From Lepidodermella squamata (taxonomy: Eukaryota; Animalia; Gastrotricha): a DNA stretch of 64,000 nt. Below, one piece after another: positions 21,693 through 32,356 of this stretch. How positions within the stretch are numbered: position 1 is the first letter of the stretch; the number at the start of each line of letters is the position of its first letter. Below the pieces are notes generated by a model. That model did not search any database. It was not told the origin of the DNA and saw only the letters and a program-made list of their open reading frames with translations. Both the position numbers and the translations under genes were made by a program. The DNA lies in NCBI GenBank assembly GCA_047495785.1, contig JBLDXI010000017.1, positions 310,001 to 374,000 of the forward strand, in the 5' to 3' direction.

Positions 21693-24600
21693 TCAACCCC
21701 AAGTGATTAATGCCATGGTTAATCTGCAAAGTTCTGCTAAGATCTCCCAAGATTCAAGACACTCGAAAATCTGGAACTGGAAAAGTCTATAAGGTACCAG
21801 TCCTGGTACCTTATAGACTTTTCCAGTTTCGGATTGCTTTTCTGCCAGGAATATAGCAACATCGACGTGGCCGTGTCCGAAGGGAATCCATAGCGGAGTT
21901 TCTCCTGTGTTTCCAGCCGTTGAAACTGTTTCGGGTGCCTTTTCTGCCAGGAATATAGCAACATCGGTGTGGCCGTTTCCGGTGGCAATTAAGAGCGGAG
22001 TTGTTCCTCTGTTATTAGCCAACGAAACTGTTTCGGGTGCCTTTTTTGCCAGGAATATAACAACATCGATATGGCCGCTTCCGGCGGCAATAAAGAGCGG
22101 AGTTTCTCCTGTGTTTCTTGCCGTTGAAACTGTTTCGGGTGCCTTTTCTGCCAGGAAACTAACAACATCGATGTGGCCGTTTTGAGCGGCAATAAAGAGC
22201 GGAGTTTCTCCTGTGTTTCTAGCCGTTGAAACTGTTTCGGGTGCCTTTTCTGCCAGGAAACGAACAACATCGATATGGCCGTTTTGGGCGGCAACCCATA
22301 GCGGAGTTGCTCCATTGTCTTCAGCCAACGAAACTGTTTCGGGTGCCTTGTCTGCCAGGAAACGAACAACATCGACGTGGCCGTTTAGTGCGGCAATCAA
22401 GAGCGGAGTTGCTCCATTGTATTCAGCCAACGAAACTGTTTCGGGTGCCTTGTCTGCCAGGAAACAAACAACATCGACGTGGCCGTTTTGAGCGGCAATC
22501 CATAGCGGAGTTGCTCCTCTGTCATTAGCCAACGAAACTGTTTCGGGTGCCTTTTTTGCCAGGAATATAACAACATCGATATGGCCGCTTCCGGTGGCAA
22601 TTAAGAGCGGAGTTTCTCCTCTGTTATTAGCCAACGAAACTGTTTCGGGTGCCTTTTTTGCCAGGAATATAACAACATCGATATGGCCGCCTCCGGCGGC
22701 AATAAAGAGCGGAGTTTCTCCTGTGTTTCTAGCCGTTGAAACTGTTTCGGGTGCCTTTTCTGCTAGGAAACTAACAACATCGATGTGGCCGTTTTGAGCG
22801 GCAATCCATAGCGGAGTGCTGTCGTCAATATTTACCGTCGAAGCTATCAGTGGCGATCTCTCGTATAAGAAAGCTACCATTGAAGTATCGTTCTGCAGCG
22901 CAGCTATTTCTGCAGCTTTTGTTGCCTCAGCCGGGTTGAATGTGGTATTGGAATTTGGCACGTCTCTCATTAAAACTGATTGGATGAAATGTGATGTTTC
23001 ATTGCTGCTCATCAGTAAATTTAATTGTTTTCTTGCCTTATATTTGTAGTAGTGCCCGTAAAAGAATTTGGTTACTTTCCGTCTTTCGTGCTGTAGCATA
23101 TATATTGGATCTTCGTCCCAAACTTGCATCAGAAACGCCAGATCGCTGTGTTCTGCCAAGCGATTGATGTATTCCCGATTTGCATGCTTCAACTTCAATA
23201 AAATCCATGCAGTCATTCGATATGAATGATGCGTCCCATAATTCTTATACCAATCGTTTTCTCTTCGACGGAAATTGTCTTCCCACTCCAAGCCGTAAAG
23301 GAAATGGATAAAAGACTTGCCCTCGCGTTCACTCGTAGATGTGCAAATTTCCAACAGCGCTTCGTTGCTCAAACTGTCTAGAATATCACGTAGCAATTGG
23401 CGATGAACTGCTTTATGTTTTTGACCAGCTTCGCCCTTGAAAAACTCAAAAAGCATCATCTCGGCCTTCGAAGCATTCCGCCTCTGAAGAACAAACAGCC
23501 GCACTTCATCATAAAGATCCGCGCCATGCGAACCTGTTATCTCAAATTCCCTCGCTGCTCGTCGGAAACCAGCCTCCCAAAGCAACTGATGCACGAAAGA
23601 GAGTTCGCGCTCTTGATCAGCAGTTCTGACAAGTGCCTGCTGATTAAAGACCTCGAGAACGTCTCTGACTTTTGTCAGTTTAGGTGCCAGTTGACGCCAC
23701 AGCATCGTTAAATATTCGACGGAAATCGGAAAGTTTGGCCTGAATAGCAAGTAAGCATAGAAGCAATGTCTATAATCGTCTCCTAGTCGGTCGAGAGAAA
23801 ACTGCAACAGGCTGTCAACGGTCTTCTCTTTAAACCGGCGATCACCGCCGTTGATGGACATATCGAAGTCGTTGGTCTTTTGCTTGATCAGATCTTCGTA
23901 TTTCTCGTCCCAATCATAATTCCCGAAACGGAAGCGACTAGCAACAAGAGACATGATGAGAGGCAAACCCTGGCATATTTTTGCGAGGTTAGCCAACTTT
24001 TTCTCGGCATCTACCTTGAATTTCTTCTTCAATTCAATTTCTTGGTCCAGATATCGTTCTATGTCTTTATTTTCAAGGCTATTAATCTCCACCAATTTAT
24101 AGATTTGCCCCTGTTGATTATTCAAAATCGGAGATGGGTCCCGTGTTATAATACAGCAAGACATCTCAGATTGCTCGTGCACGAAGTATCGGAGCAATTC
24201 AACGTTGAACATGTCATCGAGGACGACTAAAACGCGACGGCTGTATTTATCTCGGAAATACTCGCTTATATGAGATAATTCCGATCCCGAAAACTCTGCA
24301 GAGGCCTTCTTTGCAAGGGCTAAAAGACTTTCGCGGAAATCCTTCTTGTCAGATTCATCGAATGTTGTTCCTTGCCATTTGAAACACTCAAGCCATAATA
24401 CGACAGTTGAATTTTGTAGCCCTGTTATCATTGTCTCGCTACTCAGCAGTTTGGCCATTAACACTGATTTACCAACACCTGCCTCGCCAGATACAACCAG
24501 TACACCTAAAATAATATTTCGAACGGTTTTGAGAGACGAGCACTCCAAAAATGATAATGGAACAGCCAAGGACGCAATATTAAATGAGGACATGAATGAG

Positions 24601-27600
24601 TAATGAATAATTTTGATTTAGTCAGAAGGTTTCGAATAGTTAATGGGAATCCATGCTGGATTGCGTCGCCAGTTAACTTTCTTAACTAAGATCTCTGATG
24701 AGTCTCCCGGCCGAGACGAAACGTATACATCAGACTAGCCATATTGATTTTTTGAGACTACAAAAACAGAGTTGTTGGCTTTTTTCAAACTCCTTCTTTC
24801 CAAATTTATTTATTTATTTTCCTATATGCAGTGTCAATAAAGTCCAAATACTCATTGCTGGGCCGATCGTGGTGGGGTTAGTGGCTGGGAAACTGTGCTA
24901 ATCAAGTAAAAGAAGCGCGGGCTGCGAAGCGTCATACAATCAAATCGACAATCCCAGCATAAATAGTTGGGTTTTGACTTCGCAAATCGGGACAAACATG
25001 ACCATGAAGTCCTCTGAGCTCCACATTCAAAGATGCATAGTTAGAACGCATGCGAGTAAGCTCACAAAACGTCACGCTAATCCCTCACCGTTACCGAGAG
25101 TCAACGTTGCTTCAAGTCAAAAAGTTGAAAAATAAAAAACCTCTCGACGGTGCCCGGTGCCCCAAATTAGCATAGAAATTTCAAACCCTAAACTGCGCAC
25201 TTAGTCAGCCTTTTCTACTACGTTTCGATTGATTTTTCTTTAAGCCACCTGATGTCATCCTGTGCCTTCGTTGACAACACAAGGCACGGATGAAGGGTGA
25301 ACGGATGAACACTGTCTAACTAAGATATGGTCGCCAACACTCGCTGTTATGAGCCATTTGCCCGGGTAGGCGGGTCGAATGGTAGATTTAAAATACAGCC
25401 AATACTAGCTACTAGCTAGAGCTTAAAGGCTTTAATCATAGATGAGAATAAAATTATCATCATTTCATTCCTTCACTCCTTTTTCTATGCCTTAATGTTT
25501 AATGGTTCGCTGTAGCTATGAAAATTCCGTCTCTTCAGTGTTCTTTAATAAATTTATTTGTGTGCGTTATATGGCATATTTTGAGTTTTTAGCCTCTTTA
25601 GCACTTTTTGAAGTATTGTAAGATTTAGAATCTTTCATGAAAACAACTCACCAATAGCTGGTTTATTGCAGATGTTGACCAAGTGTTTTATCATTTCCGC
25701 TTCGAGTTCTTCCCGCTCGAAATAGTTAGAGATGCTGGGACGTAGGCGCGAGGCGTAAAATCGATTCGAAACAACGGGTATTTTGAGAAGTAGACGGATT
25801 CGCGTGCATATTTCATTCGCATCGCTCTCAAAGTGCATTGGGTGAGTTCGCAGGACTGTCTGAGTGATATTTCTGGAATCAACGAGTTGGTCGGAATTGT
25901 CTCCTAGCTTCACAAGAAGGATTTTCCTTCCCTTGGAGATAACAAAGTCGACTTCTTTTGCGTAAAGTGAAGCTTCCAGATAAGGTTCACTTAGAAAGGC
26001 AACAATGATATCAGCCCAGTCAACTTCCTAATATTGTATACATTAAAACGAGTCGAATTTAGAAGAGACTGAAAACTTGCCTTGATCATCCGCTGATCTA
26101 TTAAACTAAGATTTTCATGTTTATTGAAGAACACATCGAAGTCTGACTGCTTGCTGAGATAACCATCAACGATGTTGCGAACATCGTCTTTTCTGGAGCT
26201 CCATGAGTGGCTGATCAAAACGCGAATCTTTTTGTCGGCAGGTGTTGTCAGGCCGGGTTCTAAACTCGGTTGCTGTGAAATAGGCACAAAAGTCAAGCAT
26301 ATTGCATATTCTGTAAAGGACAAAAGTGAGAAATGAGACACCCTATGGGATGCCTTGTGTTAAAGCAAAGCGAACAAAATATTATATGATACCCCAAGAA
26401 GAGAGATCCTCTGAATAGGGGTTTTCGGAGCGTTTGGAATAATATTTGCCATTGTGCGAATATTCTTCCCTTTTTGTTTCAAGTCTCAATTGTTTGTTAA
26501 TAGTATTATTAACAAGACCTGTGATGGAGCATTCTCCCCTCGGATGGTTGTAGCGCTTGAATTCACGTTCTTAATAAAAGAGAAAAGAAAATTAAAAAGG
26601 GACATAATCGCGAGCGCCGGTTTCTAAGCAAAACGTGGATCAGATGAATAAGACTTGAATCATCGATAATTCATTTTGAAGTTAAAGTTACAAAATTTTA
26701 ACATAGAGTTAGACCGAATTGCAGAACCTAAAAAAGGTCAGGTCTCGTTCATAAGGCAGGGATTGTGGGTTGATTGATAAAATTAAAAGGCAGATCCTTG
26801 TAAATCGGTAATTATGAATATTGAATTGAATAAACTTGCCTTCGGAGGCGCTTGAGAATTGCTGAAACCACTTTCACCGAATTGCATTTTAGAGAGAGAA
26901 ATTTGATTGTTGTGTTCAATATTCGGTAAAATGAGCGATTCGCCAGAGGCCTCCAAATTTGTCGTAAAAAAAGGGCTGGTTACTAAATCTTTCACCGCTG
27001 CCCTTAATTTACAGTCCGTTTTCAGCATCGACTGGATGAACCTGAGGAATACATCTGAATAATGACAGTCGTCGTCGAATTTTGGTGGATCGTCGTCGAC
27101 TATATCACGACTGTCCTTCAGATGTGAGATGGCGCTTTCATAGGATGTCGAATGTCCACGAGAAAGTACTTACTTTTTTACGACGATTGGCCAACTCGAG
27201 CAAAGTGACACCAAGGGACCACACGTCGCCGGCTTCTGAGTAATCGTCGTTGTCAACGCAATCCTGATTACTTTTCGCCCGAAGTTTTCGGTCGCGATTT
27301 TTCCGAACTTCAGGCGCCTCATACATTGGTGTCCCAACTGCTAGCGTCATGCTAGTCAGTTGACTGCAAACAAAGAGCGTAATCCTCAAGTAAAGTTTGA
27401 AAATAAAATAGATTACTCATCGTAGATTTTAACTGATCCGAAGTCCCCCAATATCACAGTTTTTATGTCACTGCACAGAAAAATATTTTTGGGCTTTATA
27501 TCGCGATGAAGGGCTTTGCGGGCGTGTATTGCTGCAACGGCTGTTACAAGCTGGCGAGCCCAGCTGCGGAGCAAGTTTTCCGAAATCGGCTCTTGAATTT

Positions 27601-28825
27601 TGTTAACGTAATATGCTTCCAAATCGCCACCGGGATAGAAATCCATCACAAGGTAGTACATCAAGTCTCCAAGTTCCCATTTCCTCTCACTTTCCTCTGT
27701 TTCATCCAGTTGTAGCAATTTTTCTGTAGTAGAAAGATAATCATATTATGCAATCAGCTGCTAAGAAGTTCAAGCGCGCGTAATATTATTACCTTCAAAT
27801 GAGCCATGCGCTCTAACGATGTTAGGATGGCTCAACGTGAGAAGCTTCTCATGCTAGCAAAGGCATATAGGTACAGTCATTTATGGGAAACAGTAAGGTG
27901 AAGCTACCTCTTCGCGGCTCCTTTTCACTAGTTGCTCGGCCCTTGATCGATCCGCGCCATATTTTCGGGAGACTGCGCTAAGATTGACTTTTTTAATGGC
28001 GTAATAAGCCATATCCCCTTTCACTTGGCACCGATAAACAGATGCGAATTTGAGAAGTAGACGGATTCGCGTGCATATTTCATTCGCATCGCTCTCAAAG
28101 TGCATTGGGTGAGTTCGCAGGACTGTCTGAGTGATATTTCTGGAATCAACGAGTTGGTCGGAATTGTCTCCTAGCTTCACAAGAAGGATTTTCCTTCCCT
28201 TGGAGATAACAAAGTCGACTTCTTTTGCGTAAAGTGAAGCTTCCAGATAAGGTTCACTTAGAAAGGCAACAATGATATCAGCCCAGTCAACTTCCTAATA
28301 TTGTATACATTAAAACGAGTCGAATTTAGAAGAGACTGAAAACTTGCCTTGATCATCCGCTGATCTATTAAACTAAGATTTTCATGTTTATTGAAGAACA
28401 CATCGAAGTCTGACTGCTTGCTGAGATAACCATCAACGATGTTGCGAACATCGTCTTTTCTGGAGCTCCATGAGTGGCTGATCAAAACGCGAATCTTTTT
28501 GTCGGCAGGTGTTGTCAGGCCGGGTTCTAAACTCGGTTGCTGTGAAATAGGCACAAAAGTCAAGCATATTGCATATTCTGTAAAGGACAAAAGTGAGAAA
28601 TGAGACACCCTATGGGATGCCTTGTGTTAAAGCAAAGCGAACAAGTTGCTCGGCCCTTGATCGATCCGCGCCATATTTTCGGGAGACTGCGCTAAGATTG
28701 ACTTTTTTAATGGCGTAATAAGCCATATCCCCTTTCACTTGGCACCGATAAACAGATGCGAATGCTCCCTCCCCCAAGTGTTTAAAGTCATCAAATTGTT
28801 CTATCGATGAAAACCTTGCGGCCAT
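21693..28825 (-). CDS. NLR-like STAND protein: (Ser/Thr kinase)-TIR-NB-ARC-ankyrin repeats. Kinase exons about 28825-26840, TIR exons 26272-26081 and 26027-25652, NB-ARC/ANK exon 24505-21693.
   Basis: Kinase motifs: LGEGAFASV, AIKK, HPNIV, HRDIKPKN, DFG, GTPMYEAPE, DVWSLG. TIR motifs: RVLISHSW, DIIVAFLSEPYLEASLYAKEVDF, KILLVKL. NB-ARC motifs: YFERE, GEAGVGKS, VLVVLDD, IITRD, CQGLPL, VHQ. The TIR-to-NB-ARC join is a clean phase-1 GT-AG intron. The kinase-to-TIR join is inferred from a phase-0 GC-AG intron at 26839-26273. Confidence 0.8.
21830..22817 (-). repeat. Ten tandem 102-bp (34-aa) ankyrin repeats with high internal DNA conservation
   Basis: Consensus TPLxIAxxxGHxDVVxFLAxKAPETVSxAxxxGx. 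GCGGAGT recurs every 102 bp (22811, 22709, 22607, ...). Confidence 0.97.
24686..24738 (+). ncRNA. Type I hammerhead ribozyme motif (minimal, Penelope/retrozyme style) with one stem III mismatch
   Basis: TCT-CTGATGA-GTCTC(CCGGCC)GAGAC-GAA-ACGTATACAT-C-AGA. This gives the core boxes, a 5-bp stem II, a near-palindromic stem III and a TCT/AGA stem I. Confidence 0.65.
28049..28644. repeat. 596-bp copy of 25782-26377 (TIR exons) inserted into kinase exon 1, flanked by a 120-bp direct duplication (27930-28049 = 28644-28763)
   Basis: The copies look identical by eye at constant offsets of 2267 bp and 714 bp. ORFs 25991-26341 and 28258-28608 are identical. Confidence 0.93.
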
Positions 28826-30352
28826 TCTCGACAAATTAACGATACACCTAAATCAAAAAGAAAATCGATATTGGTATAAACAAAAGCGATGGGAATTTCT
28901 TGTGATGAGGTGTCAACTAATGGCCATGTGATAAATCTAATATTGCATTCGCAGACTAATTTGTCTAACAGGCGTCCGGAATTGCGTAATCGCTCCCCTA
29001 AGTAAAAATATTTGTTGAAAAACGCGCGCACTTCGGACAGCGAGGCCGAATTCCAAAAATAAGCAGCGCTCGCGCACGCAACAAAGGACCCGCGCAAACT
29101 TCGGTTTGGCCCCAAGGCTGTTCTCCGGAGTGCCTTCGAACCGCTAAAGCTTGAGCGCTTCCGAAGTTATACCTATTGTATGTGGTTGTAGCAATAAAGC
29201 CTATTTCCACTTTTTCTCGCAATATCGTCGCGATTTCGATCGGCCTATTTTTCTTAATCGTTAAGAACTAATGTAACGTTCACTGATCTATTAGGGAACA
29301 GTTGATTTAATAAGAGCTGAGAAAGGTGAGAAAGTTCAGCCGCTGAATAGCATGAGTATAGACTGTTCGTATATGTCGCAATTTGAACCCAGCGCTGCTG
29401 TAGAGCATCTATTAACTTTGTGCGCTAACACTAGCTCTGCTGAATAGCATGTACACTTTTTGTATTTTGAAACCACCGTTGACGAAGTACCGTACGAATT
29501 CAACTTTTTATATATTAAAATGCGACTACCAGGCCCATCAAATTGCATTCAGACCTCGCCATACTGCAACTCGCCGTTAATACACTAACCAAGGTAGAAC
29601 TTTTTCTGACATTGCTGAAATTTTAAATTGTACTCCGTCAAGGTATGACTGTATTCTGACGAACCGTGCTATCGCGGTAATTTATTCTTCGAAAAAGGCT
29701 AAAATTGAAATTACACTTAATCTGAATCACCACTACGGTTTGAAGATGAATAAACCGATTGTTCTCAATTGTCTATGAGCCATGTGATCGCAAATTGCGC
29801 TGTGTAAATAAAGAAATCATTTGGAGAAATCATGGATTATCCCTAGCCATCTTGGAACCCTTATCAATTAATTCACGTCACAGGATAAAACTGGACTTTT
29901 TGGCACAATGCCAAACTTCTGTCAATTGAGATTCGGAGAAACTGTACCTGAGGCTGCGGTAGAAAAAAAGTTTTAATTGAACTCAGTAGCAATGAAAGCA
30001 AGCCATGCTACAAGTTTTGCTTGAAATGGAAATGTCACATTCAAAAGCATTAATTACACTGATGTAGACATCCGTTGAAGGCATTTATTTTTGGATGCTA
30101 TTGAGCACAAGACCTCTTTCAGTAGTCCACTTTCCATTTCGTTATTTTTTTAAGGATAAAAAATGGCGCGCTCAGAAGCAACAAAAAGTAGTACGACAAG
30201 CCAGGCTACAAGATGCGCCGAAAATAGAAATGTTGTCGCACCAACTTCATTGATATAGACACCCTTTGAAGACATTTTTTCGGATGCTTTTGAATACAAG
30301 AACCCCTTCAAAAGCGCACTTTTCCATCTCGCTATTTTTTCAAACCTAAAAA

Positions 30353-31000
30353 ATGCAATCAGCTTCTCTTCTTAGTGCCGTAGTCGTTGTTGTTTTGGGC
30401 AGCAGCTATGTGTCGCAAGCTTTCGACTTTAGGATGTGCTTGCAATGCATCTTGGCCATTGAAAAAGGCGGGTCAGTCTTCGTCTTCCCTCATCCAATCC
30501 CATATTCTTCCTCACCATCTTCCTTTCTAGGTCGGGCTGTAACTGCGATAGAGGAACCTATTCATGCGGGCCGTATCAAATTAAGCTCGCGTATTTCCTA
30601 GACGCAGCCGGCCTGTCTCCGTGCCGCTATTTCGCACCGCGTAGCTGCGGTCAGGTTGACGGGTCCACGAACAAAGCGCATCCTAACTGCAGCGATGCAA
30701 CAATCACGAGGTGGAAAAACTCTACCGCAACCACCTATCTAGCCGAGGCGTTAATTAAGGCTTACTGGGCGAGGTACGGGCCTTTGTATTGCTCGAAGTA
30801 CATGCCAGTCACCTGCGGGGTAAAAAATCTTGTAACAAATAAAATTCGTGAATCATGTTCACTTTGACTTTTAAAAGCTTGTTGGAAGCATCCATAACTC
30901 GCATAATACATGCGTCGGATTGACTTATGGAGTGATTGCTAATAATTGCTATAACAGCAATCCGATTGCAAGAATGTTTCAAAAATGCAAGAATAATTGA
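30353..31000 (+). CDS. Invertebrate-type (i-type, destabilase family) lysozyme. Exons 30353-30471, 30531-30819, 30878-31000.
   Basis: Signal peptide, then CLQCILAIEKGG-SGCNCDRGTYSCGPYQIKLAYFLDA...AYWARYG...TCG|LVGSIHNSHNTC. Matches the family signature SCGxxQIKxxYxxD and the IHN motif. Confidence 0.88.
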
Positions 31001-31017
31001 TCACAATCAGGAACAAG

Positions 31018-32356
31018 GGGTGCGTTTCTTTATCACAAGCCATTTTTTATTTTAAAATTAAAATTAAACACTGACATTTCTTTATCATTTTAAATTTTAA
31101 AATTAAAATAAATATCATTTCTTTATTCGATTTTTTCCATTTTATTTTATAAAATAAAACGTCATTTCTTTATCACATTTTTTTCATGATTTTGGAAAAG
31201 AAAATGTGAATGAAACGACACGTGCTGTTTATAAACTACGCACTGATAAAGAAATGAAAAAAAATGAATGTTTTGAGCGTAGTTTGAACGTATGAACGTG
31301 ATTGCCCTAAGCCCATAGGAGCATGAGAGCGTCCGGGGAAGCGCCGATCTTAAATTCGTCCCATCGAAACATTATAGAAAGTTCAGTAGAACGTAGTTCA
31401 ACGACTTCACCTCAGCATTGCCGATTGAGCAGGCGACACTTCAGCAACTGCCACTTCCGCAAAAGATTTGTAATAATATATTTGGGCAGTAGAAGTTTTC
31501 CACATTCGTCGAATTAAAGGCTCTAATATCGTTGCGCCAACTGCGCTGAGCCAAGCGACAACTTAGCCAGACATTCGAGCCAACGACAACTCAGTTAAAT
31601 TCATTTTTATTATTGTTATTATTATTGAAATATATTGGACCTTCAAAAAGCTATAGAGGTGGAGCTGGGCATGCTAGTTCCGCTCGCCATAGCCAAGGTT
31701 CACCACTAATTAATATTTAATTTATAATTAGCTCAGTTGTCGCCAGCGCGAATGTAGTTTCACACTATTTTTGTTTCAGTTGCCTTGGGCGCAAATGTCG
31801 ATGGGGCAAATGTCGCAGAGCGAAATTAAGTTTGATGCTAATTTCCACTTCAATGCATAATTATATTATAATTATCTGCTAAATTGGCATCTGCTGATAT
31901 TTCGCTAGTTTCATGTTTCATTTCGCACAGTTATGACCTCAACTGAAATGACGTGGGCTCTATAGTTGTATTGCTGAATAACACAACTGCTATAGTGGCA
32001 GTTGCTGAAGTGTCACTGCTCAAACATTGCCAGAAAGAACCAAGTTCTGCTGAACTCTTTTACTAGCGCAATGTTATATAGGACGATATAAAATTGAGCT
32101 TTTTTCCGCAGAAAAGCCTCAGAAGTCAAGCGTGAAATAAGACCAAATCAGCTCACCCCCCTGTTTTTCCTTGAGCTGAAAAACATGATTTTTCCGATGA
32201 AACGCGTGCTTTATTTACGCTCTTTTATAAAATAAAATGATGAATAGAAACGTGAAAACACAAAAAATTTATAAACAATGAATATCGATGAAACGACCAT
32301 TTTATTTTCATTTTATTTAAAAAAATGAAATAAAATTGAGATAAAGAAACGCACCC
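31018..32356. mobile_element. Non-autonomous TIR element (PIF/Harbinger-like) with a nested repeat-rich insertion at about 31357-32085
   Basis: 17-bp TIRs GGGTGCGTTTCTTTATC / GATAAAGAAACGCACCC with a 3-bp flanking duplication AAG. The inner part shares TTCAGCA repeats with 17311-18092. Related sequence occurs inverted at about 44120-44220. Confidence 0.65.

Noticed and set aside
21737-22797. Repetitive overlapping ORFs in other frames and a CRISPR-like periodicity
   Set aside because: They are shadows of the 102-bp ankyrin-coding repeats. There is no repeat-spacer structure and the context is eukaryotic.
21693-24593. The 966-aa ORF as a stand-alone gene starting MSSFNIASL
   Set aside because: The first ~30 codons are better explained as intron. 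A TTTAG acceptor at 24506 joins the upstream TIR exon and restores the normal pre-P-loop sequence.
29300-29650. Weak Tc1/mariner-like peptide fragments on the minus strand (LIDALQQRWVQI)
   Set aside because: Too short, interrupted by stops, and no TIRs were found.
29655-29685. CTGACGA followed by a hairpin
   Set aside because: There is no GAAA box after the stem, so it is not a hammerhead.
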